A stretch of DNA of 64,000 nt from Vulcanimicrobiota bacterium (GCA_963812135.1 CAWETU010000001.1:2016001-2080000); one strand, 5' to 3'. Shown: positions 1-13,745, counted from the first letter of the stretch. Notes: a model not told the origin generated them from the letters alone. Program-made: numbers and translations.

Positions 1-286
1 CGAGCTGCGGTCCGGCGTCGCCGAACGCTACGGGGATGCCCATCGCCTCGACGGGGACCAGGATGTCGGAGAACACGATGCACGCGTCCATGCCGAAGCG
101 CTCGATCGGCTGGAGCGACACCTGCGCGGCCAGCTCGGGCGTCTTGCACAGCGTGAGGAAATCGACGCGTTCGCGCACTGCGCGATACTCCGGCAGATAG
201 CGCCCCGCTTGGCGCATCATCCAGACCGGCGTGCGATCGACCGGCTGGCGTGCACACGCGGCGAGGAATCGTTCAGGCGCGTTCAT
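1..286 (-). CDS. hemE: Uroporphyrinogen decarboxylase (N-terminal part, runs off the window)
   Basis: My translation [30 protein letters not shown] contains the PVWxMRQAGRY signature; ATG at 286-284. Confidence 0.93.
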   Translation of the reverse strand, partial: MNAPERFLAACARQPVDRTPVWMMRQAGRYLPEYRAVRERVDFLTLCKTPELAAQVSLQPIERFGMDACIVFSDILVPVEAMGIPVAFGDAGPQL

Positions 287-303
287 CGGTCGACGTATTT
301 GAC

Positions 304-322
304 GGGCGAGTAAACTCGACCG

Positions 323-326
<4 letters not shown>
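304..326 (-). repeat. GTAG-type REP-like palindrome, copy 1 (supplies metK TAG stop)
   Basis: Minus strand GTAGCGGTCGAGTTTACTCGCCC; one mismatch in the arm. Confidence 0.8.
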
Positions 327-1567
<1,241 letters not shown>

Positions 1568-1576
1568 TGCTTTGAT

Positions 1577-2932
<1,356 letters not shown>

Positions 2933-2960
2933 CTATGCCCGAGGGCTCGACATGGGGCGG

Positions 2961-3611
2961 ATGGAATGGCCGCTTGTGACGCTTTCGACACAACCGATCG
3001 ACGCATACGCCCGCGCGCTCGAATCGGCCGATCCCACGCCGGGCGGCGGCAGCGCGAGCGCGGTCGTCGGCGCATTGGGCGCGAGTCTCGCCGCGATGGT
3101 AGCGCGACTCACCGCTGCTTCGCCAAAATTCGCCTCCGCGGCGCCGCGCATGGAAACGATCGCGCACGAAGCGACGCAACTGCTCGACGCGATGCTCTGG
3201 GCGATCGACGCCGACGTCAAAGAGTTCGATCGCGTGAGCGCGGCATACAAGATGCCTAAATCGACCGAGCCTGAGAAGACGGCACGCACCGCTGCGATTC
3301 AGGGCGCACTCATCGGCGCCACCGATGCGCCCATGAAAGTCGTCGAGCTTGGCCTGAAGCTCGCGCGCGTGGCGGTCGAGTTGGTGGACGCGGGCAACCC
3401 GAACGCGATCAGCGACGCCGGTTGCGCGGCGCTCTTCGCCCAGACCGCCGCGCGCGGCGCGTCGCTCAACGTGCGCATCAACATCAAGGCGCTGCACAAC
3501 GCGGAGCTTGCGCGCGAGTATCAGACCAAGCTCGACGATTTGCTCGCCCAGATCGGTTTCCTGACGGAAGTCGCGATCGTCAAGGTCGAGCGCGCGACGC
3601 GGCTGGCCTGA
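2961..3611 (+). CDS. Cyclodeaminase/methenyl-THF cyclohydrolase (FTCD_C / FchA family); start uncertain (2952/2961/2976)
   Basis: PTPGGGSASA, GNPNAISDAG and LNVRIN motifs; adjacent to folD. Confidence 0.88.
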   Translation: MEWPLVTLSTQPIDAYARALESADPTPGGGSASAVVGALGASLAAMVARLTAASPKFASAAPRMETIAHEATQLLDAMLWAIDADVKEFDRVSAAYKMPKSTEPEKTARTAAIQGALIGATDAPMKVVELGLKLARVAVELVDAGNPNAISDAGCAALFAQTAARGASLNVRINIKALHNAELAREYQTKLDDLLAQIGFLTEVAIVKVERATRLA

Positions 3612-3615
3612 ACCG

Positions 3616-4470
3616 ATGGCAGGAGCGCGCGTCCTCGAAGGACGGCCGATCGCCAACCGGATCCGCGACGACGTCTTCGAGCGCGCCAAAGCGCTGCGCG
3701 AGGTCGCGATCGTGCCGCACTGCAGCACCTTCGTCGGTGAAGGCGACAAGGAAGGCGCGTTTTACGCCGAGAGCTTGCGCAAAGTGGGCACGCGGCTCGG
3801 CGTCGAGGTCTCGGTGCACACCATGTCGCTCGCCGACGGCACGCGCGGTTTCGTCAACGCGATCAGCGAGGCGGCCCGCAATCACAAAGTGCACGGTATC
3901 ATCGTTCAGCGGCCGCTGCCGCCCTCGCTCGACCTGTATGACATCAACACCGCCATCCCGGTCGAGAAAGACGTGGATTGCGCGAGCCCGCTCTCGCTCG
4001 GTTGGCTCGCGCAGGGTATGCCGCATTTTGCGCCCGCGACCGCGGCAGCTGTCATCGAGATGCTGCGCGAGCCGGGGTTGATTCCAATCGCGGGAACGCG
4101 CACGGTCGTCATCGGCCGTTCGCCGGTCGTCGGCCGGCCGGTCGCGTACATGTTGACGTCCGCCGACGCGACGGTGACGCTGTGCCATTCGAAAACGAAG
4201 GATCTCGACTCGATCTGCCGCAGCGCCGAGATCCTCGTCGCCGCCATCGGCAAGCCGCGACTCGTCGATGCGAAGATGATCAAGCGCGGCGCTGTCGTCG
4301 TCGACGTCGGCACGAATCTCGTCGACGGCCAAGTCGTGGGCGACGTCGATTTCGAGTCTGTGTCGCAGCTCGCCGGCGCAGTCACTCCGGTGCCTGGCGG
4401 GGTGGGTGTGGTCACGACGTCGATCTTGCTGCGCAACGTCGTCGCGGCGGCCGAACACGGCACCATCTGA
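3616..4470 (+). CDS. folD: Bifunctional methylene-THF dehydrogenase/cyclohydrolase
   Basis: KDVD, GRSPVVGRP, VDVG and TPVPGGVG motifs. Confidence 0.95.
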   Translation: MAGARVLEGRPIANRIRDDVFERAKALREVAIVPHCSTFVGEGDKEGAFYAESLRKVGTRLGVEVSVHTMSLADGTRGFVNAISEAARNHKVHGIIVQRPLPPSLDLYDINTAIPVEKDVDCASPLSLGWLAQGMPHFAPATAAAVIEMLREPGLIPIAGTRTVVIGRSPVVGRPVAYMLTSADATVTLCHSKTKDLDSICRSAEILVAAIGKPRLVDAKMIKRGAVVVDVGTNLVDGQVVGDVDFESVSQLAGAVTPVPGGVGVVTTSILLRNVVAAAEHGTI

Positions 4471-4573
4471 CGGGACAAGGGTTTCGCCTTCACGGCCGAC
4501 AACTTCGCAGCGTGCTCGACGCAGTCACGCATCGGCCGGCGCTGCGCATCCGGATGCGCGCGAGGCCGACGCG

Positions 4574-5149
4574 ATGAGCGCTCGCGGGGCGGGCTCGACT
4601 ATCCCACCTGTGCCGGAGCAGATCGCATTCGTCGAGGACGCGATGGCGAAGTTCGGGCGTCAGACGTACAACTACGCCTATCGCCTGACCAACAACGAAG
4701 CGGACGCCCGCGACCTCACTCAAGAAGCATTCATCCGCGTGTTCAAAGCCTGGCAATCGTTCCGGCCAGGCACGTCGTTTCTCGCGTGGATCTATCGCAT
4801 CGTCACCAACCTCTACCGCGACGAGCTGCGCAGGCGCAAAGGCGTCTTCGCGCAACCGCTGCCCGACGACAACCAAGCCCACGAGCAGTCCGCGCCGCGC
4901 CACGATCCGATCGAGACGATGCACGAGCAACAGCTCTCGGCGGGCATGGAGCGCGCGCTCGGCGGGCTCACGCCCGAGCAGCGCGCGGTGATCTTGCTCG
5001 CTGACGTCGAGGAACGCTCGTATCAGGAAATCGCCGATGTGATCGGCTGCTCGATCGGCACCGTGCGCTCGCGACTGCATCGCGCGCGTGCTCAATTGCG
5101 CCGGTTGCTTGAAAAAGAACGAGCGGCTCGGAGCGCTCAGCCATCATGA
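4574..5149 (+). CDS. ECF RNA polymerase sigma factor (RpoE/SigE/SigW-like)
   Basis: DARDLTQEAF, FLAWIYRIVTN and SYQEIA...GTVRSRLHRAR regions 2 and 4; start uncertain. Confidence 0.93.
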   Translation: MSARGAGSTIPPVPEQIAFVEDAMAKFGRQTYNYAYRLTNNEADARDLTQEAFIRVFKAWQSFRPGTSFLAWIYRIVTNLYRDELRRRKGVFAQPLPDDNQAHEQSAPRHDPIETMHEQQLSAGMERALGGLTPEQRAVILLADVEERSYQEIADVIGCSIGTVRSRLHRARAQLRRLLEKERAARSAQPS

Positions 5150-5188
5150 CCCGCATTGCGGTACGGTTTGGGCCTGTTTCGCGCCACG

Positions 5189-5214
5189 GGAACGCTTGGC
5201 ATTCCACGCTCGTT
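5189..5214 (+). promoter_or_regulatory. Putative ECF-sigma promoter GGAAC-N17-CGTT upstream of the anti-sigma gene
   Basis: GGAAC 5189-5193, 17-nt spacer, CGTT 5211-5214; resembles SigE/SigH/SigR-type consensus. Confidence 0.6.
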
Positions 5215-5297
5215 GATAAAGATGAGGGAGTTTGCGCCACGGCGCGACCCCCCGCTTTTGACGCGCATCCCGCTCGACCCGAGGAATCAACCGACTG

Positions 5298-5786
5298 ATG
5301 AACTGCAACGACTGCCGCCCACTGCTCACCGACTACGCGCATCACGAGCTTGATGCCGCGCAAGACGCGCTTGTCTTCGAGCATCTGCAGACGTGCCAGC
5401 AGTGCCGCGCGGCTTGGCAGGCGGAACTGGATCTGACCGAGTCGATCCGTTACGCGTACTCGGAAGAGCGCGATCTTCCGATGTCAGTGGTGGCCGGCGT
5501 CCGCATGTCCATGCGCGGCGCCAAAGGCGCGACGTTCTTGGACCGCGTGCGCGCCGCGCTGCGGCCGGCCGTTCTTGCGCCCGCCGCTGTCGTGGTGCTC
5601 ATCGTCGCCGGCGCGCTGCGCTATGGGCCGATGGCACTGCATCCGACGTCGTCGCAACTGTCTTCATCGTACTTCGTCCGCCAGCACGTCGCGCAGACGC
5701 TTGGCTCTCCCTCAAGCGATCGCAGCTGGTCGGCGTACGTGCTGACCTCGGAGAACGCCAAGAGCGGGCAGACCGGTGCGCCTTAG
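5298..5786 (+). CDS. Zinc-binding (ZAS, zf-HC2) anti-sigma factor with one TM helix
   Basis: N-terminal CxxC and HLQTCQQC (HxxxCxxC), hydrophobic helix, GAGG RBS. Confidence 0.9.
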   Translation: MNCNDCRPLLTDYAHHELDAAQDALVFEHLQTCQQCRAAWQAELDLTESIRYAYSEERDLPMSVVAGVRMSMRGAKGATFLDRVRAALRPAVLAPAAVVVLIVAGALRYGPMALHPTSSQLSSSYFVRQHVAQTLGSPSSDRSWSAYVLTSENAKSGQTGAP

Positions 5787-6802
5787 CTCGTTCCTTTTTC
5801 GCGCTCGCCGCAGCCGCCGTCTTAGTAGCCGGCGCGCCGCGCGATGTCCGCGCGGCTTCCGACGGCTACACGCTGCTCAAAGAAGCGGTCATCGCGGACG
5901 ACCACGTGTCGTTCTCCGGCACCGTGACCTCTTTGATTTACGGCGGCAACGCGACGAGCGCGACCGTCGTGCACATCGAGCACAAAGCGCCCAACGACTG
6001 GCGTCTTTGGTATGTCGCGCCGGCGGACGCGTACGGCCGGCTCATCATCAGCAACGAGTCAGTCGCATATCAATACGAACCGTCGAAGGGCAAAGTCTTC
6101 AGCAACGATTGGGCGTCGCTCGCACCGTTCGCCGCTACGCTCGACATCGGGCGCATCAAGCGCAACTACGCGGTGCAGGCGTCCGATCACGCCGAGGTCG
6201 CCGGCCGCCCGGCACGCACGCTTTCTCTGGTGTCGACTTATTCGCACGCCCTCGTGCTGCGCATGTGGGTCGACAACGCGACCGGCGTCATCCTGCGGCG
6301 CGAGACCTATCACGGCGACGGCACGATCGCCACTCGGACCGAATTCGACAGCATCCGCTTCGTCAAAGATCTGCCGGACGATCTCTTCAAGATGACCGTG
6401 CCCGCGGGCATGACCTTGACGCCGGGCGCGGAGTACGGCGCTTCAACCCCAGCGATGGATACGCTGACCAGCGGGTTGCCATTTAAACCCGTGGGTCCGC
6501 GCGAGCTGCCCGACGGCTTCACCTTCGAGAAGGGCTCGACCGCGCAGCGCGGCGGCGTGCAGACGGTGCAGTTCGTGTATTCGGACGGTCTACGCAGTTT
6601 GTCGCTGTTCGAGAACGCGACCGGCCGCTATCCGACGTTCGACGATCCGGCTCCCAAGGCGCTCGCGGTCGGCAAGCAAGACGGCAAGTACACGCTCGTG
6701 GACGGTCAGACGCTGTTGACGTGGAACGCGGGCGGCTTGAACTTCATCATGGTCGGCGATTTGCCGCTCAAAGAACTCGCGCACATCGGCGCATCACTCT
6801 AA
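5776..6802 (+). CDS. MucB/RseB-like periplasmic sigma regulator; apparent +1 frameshift in the T-run at 5795-5799
   Basis: GTG 5776 gives MRLSSFLF, which joins ALAAAAVLVAG (signal peptide) in the next frame; VAGRPA, MWVDNATG, LPDGF and YSDGLRSLSLFE are RseB-like. Confidence 0.8.
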
Positions 6803-7828
6803 CCAGCGAAGCACCGCGTCGGTCATCTCGCGCAGGTGGCGGTCGTGCGGCGGCGTGGCCGCGGGCACGGGTGCGCGTTTTTTAGCGTCGCCGAAGCAGA
6901 CCGCCATCGAGCGGCCGGCCGCCCGCAGGTTGGGCAACGAATAGCCGCCTTCGAGGATGAACGCCAGCGCGGCATCGTGCTCGGCGGACGTCTGCGCCAA
7001 GAGCGCGCAAAGCGCGTCGACCGCTTCCCCCGTGACCGGCAAACCCGCGATCGGGTCGCCCTCTAAGAAATCAAAACCTGTCGACACCAAGATCGTCTTG
7101 GGCTTGATCGCGCGCGCGAGCGGCGGCAGCAACTTCGTCCACGTCGCCACGAAGTCGTGGGTCGACGTCGACAAATCGAGCGGGATCTGAATCGAGAAAC
7201 CGGTGTCAACGTACCGCGATTCCGTGAACGCGCCGGTCCCTGGATACGCCGGCGAGGCATGCGTCGAGACAAAGCCAAGCGCTACGCCGGTGTCCTGCAG
7301 CGCGCGCTCCACCCAGACTTGCGTGCCGTTGCCATGATGGTAATCGAAATCGACGATCAGCGTCGCGCCCTTGTTCCGGCGCGCGTCATCCGCCGCAATG
7401 GCGATATTGTTGAGCAGGCAGAATCCCATGCCGCGATGGGGCTCGGCGTGATGGCCAGGCGGGCGGACCAGCGCGAACGCCGGATGTCCGGGCCGCGCGC
7501 CCCGCGCCGCATCGACCGCCGCGCCCGCGGCGAGCAGCGCGATTCGGAACGAATCGCGCCCGACCGTCGCGTCGCCGGTCGGCAATTCTTCGACGACGCG
7601 TTCGGGCAGCGAGTCGCAAAAGCGCTCGATCAACGCGACGTAGGCGGGTTCGTGCACGCGCTCGATCAGCTCCCGGTCGACGAGCGACGGCGAGCGGTAC
7701 GACTCTTGGGATACGCCGCCTTCGGTCAGGCCTTCGATCAGCGCGCCGAGGCGTGCGGCGCGTTCGGGATGCCCCTCGCCCGTGCGATGTTCGAGGAAAC
7801 GCGGGTCATAGATGACGTCGAGCGGCAT
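6794..7828 (-). CDS. Histone deacetylase family amidohydrolase
   Basis: HPERAARL, RPPGHHA, GFCLLNNIA, DFDYHHGNGTQ and LEGGY motifs. Confidence 0.95.
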   Translation of the reverse strand: MPLDVIYDPRFLEHRTGEGHPERAARLGALIEGLTEGGVSQESYRSPSLVDRELIERVHEPAYVALIERFCDSLPERVVEELPTGDATVGRDSFRIALLAAGAAVDAARGARPGHPAFALVRPPGHHAEPHRGMGFCLLNNIAIAADDARRNKGATLIVDFDYHHGNGTQVWVERALQDTGVALGFVSTHASPAYPGTGAFTESRYVDTGFSIQIPLDLSTSTHDFVATWTKLLPPLARAIKPKTILVSTGFDFLEGDPIAGLPVTGEAVDALCALLAQTSAEHDAALAFILEGGYSLPNLRAAGRSMAVCFGDAKKRAPVPAATPPHDRHLREMTDAVLRWLE

Positions 7829-7835
7829 CAGATTC

Positions 7836-7859
7836 CGGTCGAATAAATTCGACCGCTAC
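7836..7859 (-). repeat. GTAG-type REP-like palindrome, copy 2
   Basis: Minus strand GTAGCGGTCGAATTTATTCGACCG, immediately after the TGA of the TPR gene. Confidence 0.9.
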
Positions 7860-9365
7860 TCACTGCGAGAGTTGTTTGATGTAGGCGCGTGCCTTGTTCG
7901 CTTCGTCGCCGTTCGGCTGGATCGCGAGGAAATTGCGGTACGCCGCCACCGCGTTCTGCTTGTCCCCGAGCATCCGAGATGAGTCGCCGAGGAAGTACCA
8001 CACCTGCGCATCGGGGTGCCTGGGATCCTGATGGGTAGCGATCGCGGCGAACGCATCGCGCGCCGCGCGATAGTCTTTCAAGGTATAGAATGCGATGGCG
8101 AGATTGAACAGCGCCGTCGCCGAATGCGTCAGCTCGAACGCCTTTTGGAAATCGTCGCGTGCCTGGGGCCATTTGCCCATGGTCCCGTATGCCTGGCCGG
8201 CGAAGAACAGCGCGTCGGGATTCGACGGATCCTTCGCAAGGATCTTGTTGAATATGTCGAGCGCCTTTTGCGGGTTCTTGAGGAAGCCGAGCTGGAGACG
8301 GCCGTACTCGAACAGGACCCGCGGGTCATCGGGCGTGATCGCCAGCGCCTGCTCGAACTCTTGCGCGGATTGCGTGTAGCGCTTTTCGCCCTGATCGTAT
8401 TCGGCTTGCAGGACGTATGGCTCGATCGCCTTCGGATGGTCCTTTTCCGCGACCGCGAACTGCTTGCGCGCCTCGTCGACCATGTGCTTGTTCAGGTACA
8501 TCTCGGCGAGATCGTCTTCCGGCTCGACCGCGTCAGGTTGCATCTTGATGATCTGCGTGAGGACCGCGGCCGCTCCAGCGATGTCATTCTTCGAGGCGAG
8601 CGCTTCGGCTTTGCCGTGGAGCGCGTCCAAGTTCTTGGGATCGTCTTTGAGCACGATGTCGAACTGCGCGATTGCAAGATCGGGATTCGGCTTCTTGTCC
8701 GCCAGATACGAACGTCCGAGGATCAAGTGCGCGCGCGCGTCCTTCGGATCGATGGCCAGCGCTTTGTTGACGCTGGCGCGGCCCTCGTCGAACATGCCCT
8801 TGTCGAGCTGCACGGTGCCGAGCTCGAGATAACCGAACGATTCGGTGGGGTGCAGCGCGACGGAGCGATTGGCGACCTTGAGCGCGTCGTCGAGCCGTCC
8901 GACGGCGAGATACGCATCCGTCAAGCTTGAGAGCACCGCGACGTTGCCTGGGTCGGCGATCTCCGCCTTTTCGAACGCGGTGAGCGCGTCCGCTATGTCG
9001 TTGAGGTCGCGATTGGCGACGCCGATGTAGAACCACACCTGCGCGTCATTCGAGCCTAAGCGGACCGCTTCTTCAAGCTGATCGCGGCCGTCTTTGGGCT
9101 TGCCCTGCTCGATCAACAGCACGCCAAGCTCGGTGTGCGCGTCCTTGTCGTTCGGATTGTCTTTGACGGTCTGCTGCAGCGTGGCGATGCGCTCGAGCGG
9201 GTTCTGCGTCGGCGACGCCGAGGGCACAGGACTCGCGGTGGGGGCCGGTTTGCCTTTGGCTTGCGCCGCTGGCGATTGCCCGAACGCGACGATCGCGCAC
9301 GCGATCAGACAAAGGATGATGAATGTGGGTCGCAATGTGGCTCCTATGGTTGCAACGCTACGCAT
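7860..9365 (-). CDS. Exported tetratricopeptide-repeat protein
   Basis: Signal/TM segment followed by many TPR-like helical repeats. Confidence 0.9.
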   Translation of the reverse strand: MRSVATIGATLRPTFIILCLIACAIVAFGQSPAAQAKGKPAPTASPVPSASPTQNPLERIATLQQTVKDNPNDKDAHTELGVLLIEQGKPKDGRDQLEEAVRLGSNDAQVWFYIGVANRDLNDIADALTAFEKAEIADPGNVAVLSSLTDAYLAVGRLDDALKVANRSVALHPTESFGYLELGTVQLDKGMFDEGRASVNKALAIDPKDARAHLILGRSYLADKKPNPDLAIAQFDIVLKDDPKNLDALHGKAEALASKNDIAGAAAVLTQIIKMQPDAVEPEDDLAEMYLNKHMVDEARKQFAVAEKDHPKAIEPYVLQAEYDQGEKRYTQSAQEFEQALAITPDDPRVLFEYGRLQLGFLKNPQKALDIFNKILAKDPSNPDALFFAGQAYGTMGKWPQARDDFQKAFELTHSATALFNLAIAFYTLKDYRAARDAFAAIATHQDPRHPDAQVWYFLGDSSRMLGDKQNAVAAYRNFLAIQPNGDEANKARAYIKQLSQ

Positions 9366-10338
9366 TGGCGCGGCGTTCCTTCACGAGCGCCGTGAGCTCG
9401 GGAACGATTTGGAAAAGATCGCCGACGACGCCGAGGTCGGAGAATTCGAAGATCGGCGCGTTCGCATCCTTATTGATGGCGATGATGGTGCCCGACGAGC
9501 GCATGCCGACTTTGTGTTGGATCGCGCCCGAGATGCCGACGGCGATGTAGAGCTGCGGCGACACCGTCTTGCCGGTCTGGCCCACCTGATGCGAGTGCGC
9601 GATCCAGCCCGCGTCCACCGCGGCGCGCGACGCGCCGACGGCACCGCCGAGCGCATCGGCGAGCGCCTCGATGATGTCGAAGTGTTCGGGACCCCCTAGC
9701 CCTCGTCCGCCTGAAACGACGATGCCGGCCTCCTCGACGCTCAGCTTGCCCGCTTCTTGCGAGACCTTCTCCTCGATCGTGGCCTTGTACGTCTTGCCCG
9801 TGGGGCTCGCAAGCTGCTTGATCTCACCTTTACCCGGCTCTTGGCGCGCGATGAAGCTGTTCGCACGGCACGTGATGACGCCATACTCGGAGTTCTTGAA
9901 TCCGATCGTCGAGATGACCGAGCCGCCGAACTTCGGCGATTGGACGTGCACCACACCGTCCTTGACCGAGATGTCGGTCGCGTCGGTGATCACGCCGCTG
10001 TTGAGACGCACGCCGATACGCGCCGCGATGTCTTTCCCGAGATTGGTCAGCGGGGAGAGCAAGATCGTCGGGCCGAGCTCGCGCAACAGCGCTTCGACCG
10101 CATCGACAGCGGGATCGTTGAGGAAGGCGTCGAGTTGGTTGTCTTCGCCGACGTAGATCGCGTTGATGGGCGCTGACTTGAGCAGTTCGGCCGCTTTGCC
10201 AGCGCCTTTTCCGAGCACGACGGCGGCGGATGGCACGCCGAGATCTTTGGCGATGTCGGCGCCGCGCGTGCACATCTCGAGGCCGATGCGCCGGATCGCG
10301 CCATCCTCATGTTCGACGAAAACGAGCACGGATTTCAT
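9358..10338 (-). CDS. etfA: Electron transfer flavoprotein alpha subunit
   Basis: [21 protein letters not shown] and [12 protein letters not shown] motifs; start MKSVLVF. Confidence 0.96.
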   Translation of the reverse strand: MKSVLVFVEHEDGAIRRIGLEMCTRGADIAKDLGVPSAAVVLGKGAGKAAELLKSAPINAIYVGEDNQLDAFLNDPAVDAVEALLRELGPTILLSPLTNLGKDIAARIGVRLNSGVITDATDISVKDGVVHVQSPKFGGSVISTIGFKNSEYGVITCRANSFIARQEPGKGEIKQLASPTGKTYKATIEEKVSQEAGKLSVEEAGIVVSGGRGLGGPEHFDIIEALADALGGAVGASRAAVDAGWIAHSHQVGQTGKTVSPQLYIAVGISGAIQHKVGMRSSGTIIAINKDANAPIFEFSDLGVVGDLFQIVPELTALVKERRANA

Positions 10339-10340
10339 GC

Positions 10341-11132
10341 TCAGACGACCTTCTTCGCGATGAGGAAATCGAGGATCTGTTTGGCGCCTTCCTTGGGATC
10401 GGTCGCGGTGATGACCGTGCCCTTTTGGCGCGCGCCGACCGGCGCGAACGCTTCCACTTGCGTCTTGGCGCCCGCGTCGCCGAGTTTGGCCGGATCGGCG
10501 CCGATGTCGGCGAGCGCCGGCGTTTTGATCTCCTTTTTCTTCGCGCCCATGATGCCTTTGAGGGTTGGGTAACGCGGCTCGTTGATCGACTTGGTCACCG
10601 AGACGAGCGCGGGCAGCGGCGCTTTCACTTTCAGGTAGCCGCTTTCGGTTTCGCGTTGCGCTTCGATCGCGCCGTCGGCCACGGTCAACTTCTTCACGTA
10701 GGTGACGCACGGGACGCCGAGATGCTCCGCGATGGCCGCAGGCACGACGCTGCAGGCCGCGTCGGTGCTCTGCGTGCCCGAGAGCACGAGATCGAAGCCG
10801 ACGCTCTTGATCGCCAGCGCGAGCGCGTAGGCGGTCGCCATCGTGTCGCTGCCGCCGATCGCATCGTCAGAGAGCAGCACCGCATTGTCGGCGCCCATGC
10901 CAAGCGCTTTGCGCACGACGTCGGTGCCGCTGGCGGGCGCCATCGTGAGGATGGTGACGGTGGTGTCGCCACCAATCGCTTCCTTTATCCTGAGGGCTTC
11001 CTCGATCGCATATTCGTCAAAGGGGTTGAGCACGTTCTCGATCGACGTGCGGTTGAGGCGCTTGGTGGCCGGGTCGAACGTCTTTTCGGCGTTCGTGTCG
11101 GGCACTTGTTTGACGGTAACGACGATCTTCAA
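10341..11132 (-). CDS. etfB: Electron transfer flavoprotein beta subunit
   Basis: KQVPD, NPFDEYAIEEA and INEPRYP motifs; TTG start. Confidence 0.96.
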   Translation of the reverse strand: MKIVVTVKQVPDTNAEKTFDPATKRLNRTSIENVLNPFDEYAIEEALRIKEAIGGDTTVTILTMAPASGTDVVRKALGMGADNAVLLSDDAIGGSDTMATAYALALAIKSVGFDLVLSGTQSTDAACSVVPAAIAEHLGVPCVTYVKKLTVADGAIEAQRETESGYLKVKAPLPALVSVTKSINEPRYPTLKGIMGAKKKEIKTPALADIGADPAKLGDAGAKTQVEAFAPVGARQKGTVITATDPKEGAKQILDFLIAKKVV

Positions 11133-11272
11133 CGGGCGGCTGCTCCAGAATGAAGGCGACCTCGCGGTCGCCGGATGTGGACGGAGTCGGGAACATACTG
11201 GGTTTCTTGGCCCGGCTGTCCCGAACCCTGCCGCCGGGCGGTATGCGGGCGGGCGTCTGAGAAGCTCGCAGC

Positions 11273-11900
11273 ATGCTTACGCACACGTTTTCAAAACTAG
11301 GGCGCAATTTCATCGGTCTCGCTTGGGACGGCGAAGCGCTGTGGGCGGGCGACTGGGATTCGCAGACGCTCTTGCGCTTAGCCGCGAATGGCTCGGTTGG
11401 AGAATCGTATCCGGCGCCCGGCAGGCCGGTCGGCCTGTACGTTTCGCGAGGGCACGATCACGGCGGTGATCGGCAATCCTGAGACCGACGACCGGTCGAT
11501 CCATCAGTTTGACGCGTCGCGCCACGTGTGGTCGGACGAAAGTATCCGCTGTCCGGACGACACCGGATCTCACCTATCGTGGAGTGGAAGCAAGTTGTGG
11601 CTGAGTCAACGCTATAACAAGCGCGTTTTGCAGCTCGGCGCCGACGGCTCGGTGGAACGCACGATTGAGATGCCGAGTGAGGTCGTCGGAATCCATTGGA
11701 TGGGACCGACGTTGTGGACGAACTTGCGGATCAGTAAAGGCACGTCCGATATCGGACGACTGGAACCTAATGCGGAGAAACCCGAACTGGTCGATCACTA
11801 CGACCAGGGGTTCGTTTCGCTGGGCTATGACGGCGGTGGTTTTTGGATGAGCGATCTGCGCGGCACCACCATCGCGCGCGCGGTGCCGCCGGGTCTCTAG
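11273..11900 (+). CDS. Beta-propeller protein (glutamine cyclotransferase-like repeats); apparent +1 frameshift near 11438
   Basis: Repeated GLAWDGEALW / LSWSGSKLW / LGYDGGGFW blades across two frames; removing one T gives GRPVGLTFREG. Confidence 0.65.
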
Positions 11901-11906
11901 CCGGCG

Positions 11907-12713
11907 TCATGCGTGGTTGACGAGCATCCCAAGCGCCTCGAGCTGGACGCCATCTGGTCCGCGAATGTCCGGCGATCGATAACGTGCGTGCAGAAGCGTC
12001 TCTCGCCACGCGCTGATAGCAGCGACCCGCTGGCCTTCTATATACAAAGCGTTTCCAAGGTAGAAATACACCTCTTGAAAATCCGGCTGCTCCGAGACGA
12101 TGGCGCGCAGACCATTGATCGCGCGTTGGAAGTCGCCAAGGCTGGCTTGGTGCAACGCGGCAAGAAGTCGTGGACTGGCTGCTTGAGCTGAATCGGAATT
12201 GAAGCCTACACCCCATTGAGGATTACGAACATTCGAATCGTAATATGCGGCGAATGCCGCGCGGTATTTGCCCTGGCGAAAGAGCGGATCACCATCGGGG
12301 TTGCTCGTGTCGCGATGCGGCAGGCCATCCGTGGCGAAATGATCCCACGTCTCGCGCCACAAATGCCGCGCCTCGTCTACATCGCCAACCTCGTAGAGAT
12401 CGTCGCTTAGGTGGAAGATGAGGTCCGTGTAGGTGCGATAGCGTTCTGGAGAGTTCGTCGGCAGCAGATGCAGTGCAGTCCGAGCCTCGGCGATCGCGTT
12501 GCGAAGGTCGCCGTAGCGCTCATAGCACAGGGCCATCACCTCGTGCCCATACGGCTGACCGATTGCGGGATCGACGATCATCGGCGGCGGCGTGCAAGGG
12601 ATGCGCGGCGGTGGCGGTTCGGTTGCTGAACGCGCGTCCTTGCTAAAAACGACAAGAACCGAGAGTGCCGCCAGCCCCGCGAGGCACAAACGGGCAGTCG
12701 ATGCGCGCTGCAC
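11907..12713 (-). CDS. Hypothetical exported protein with TPR-like segments
   Basis: Signal peptide; YFYLGNALY TPR-like helix. Confidence 0.65.
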   Translation of the reverse strand: MQRASTARLCLAGLAALSVLVVFSKDARSATEPPPPRIPCTPPPMIVDPAIGQPYGHEVMALCYERYGDLRNAIAEARTALHLLPTNSPERYRTYTDLIFHLSDDLYEVGDVDEARHLWRETWDHFATDGLPHRDTSNPDGDPLFRQGKYRAAFAAYYDSNVRNPQWGVGFNSDSAQAASPRLLAALHQASLGDFQRAINGLRAIVSEQPDFQEVYFYLGNALYIEGQRVAAISAWRETLLHARYRSPDIRGPDGVQLEALGMLVNHA

Positions 12714-12719
12714 CCGTGC

Positions 12720-13667
12720 CTACTGAGCGGCCGGAGGCCTGGTCACAACCGTCAGGAAGTTCTTGATCGCGGCGTTGAGCGCGCCTGGCTGGTCGAGCAT
12801 GATGAAATGCTTCGAGTTGGCGATCGTCTCTACGGTGACGGTCTTGGCGCCCGCGTATTGCGACGCATAGTAGTCGTGGATGGTGGCGGCCAGTTGAGCG
12901 GGAGTCAACCCGCGCAGCTGGTTATTCATGTAGGGGGCGTCCGCCGACACGGGCGCAATGACGAGTAGCGGCGCGGTTATTTTATCGAGGCCAGGCCTCA
13001 GGTCCTCAAGCGACATCTCGGTTGTCGCGCCTGCGAGCGTCGTCCGATCGCTGCGTAATGAATGATCGGCGACGATCTGCGCTTGCGTGGCGTCCGTGAC
13101 CATGGTCGCCGCGGTCGAGCGCGTTTGGTTCTCGTACAACCAATCGGGTGCGGATGCAATCCCATCCGCGAGTTGCGAGACGTTCTGCGCCCGCTGTTGT
13201 AGAGTCTGTCCGGGCTGCAGCGGCGGGAAGTATGGCGTTTCGTCGACGATCACCGCGCCGGCAAACAGGTCGGGATGCTCTTCGAGCAACCGTAGCGCGA
13301 TATGGCCGCCGAGGCTGTGACCGACGAGCACGGGCGATTTGAGGTTCTCTTGGCGGATCAGGTTCATGATCGCCGCATCGGCCTGCTGGATGTAGGGCGG
13401 GGGCGACGGCGGCAGTCCGTCAAAACCGGCCATGTTACCGGCATAGATCGTGTGATCCGCGGACATCTCCGCGATGGTGCTCGACCACGTCCACGAATTC
13501 ACTGAGAGGCTAGGCAACATGATGATGGCGGGTTCGCCTTGGCCGTAGCGATCGAAATGCATGTTGCCGATAACAAAGCTTTTCGCCGGCGTCGGGATCG
13601 GCTGCGCGTTGGCGCGTGTGAGACCGGTGATCAAACAGAGCACGACGAACAGGGCGATACGAATCAT
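12720..13667 (-). CDS. Secreted alpha/beta hydrolase
   Basis: Signal peptide, GHSLGG nucleophile elbow, HFIMLDQP. Confidence 0.92.
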   Translation of the reverse strand: MIRIALFVVLCLITGLTRANAQPIPTPAKSFVIGNMHFDRYGQGEPAIIMLPSLSVNSWTWSSTIAEMSADHTIYAGNMAGFDGLPPSPPPYIQQADAAIMNLIRQENLKSPVLVGHSLGGHIALRLLEEHPDLFAGAVIVDETPYFPPLQPGQTLQQRAQNVSQLADGIASAPDWLYENQTRSTAATMVTDATQAQIVADHSLRSDRTTLAGATTEMSLEDLRPGLDKITAPLLVIAPVSADAPYMNNQLRGLTPAQLAATIHDYYASQYAGAKTVTVETIANSKHFIMLDQPGALNAAIKNFLTVVTRPPAAQ

Positions 13668-13745
13668 ATGTGTCGTTTTGGCTTTTGCGCGTGGGGGTGC
13701 CTCTCGAACAGGGCCATGCCACTGCCACTTTGAATGCAGCCCGCC

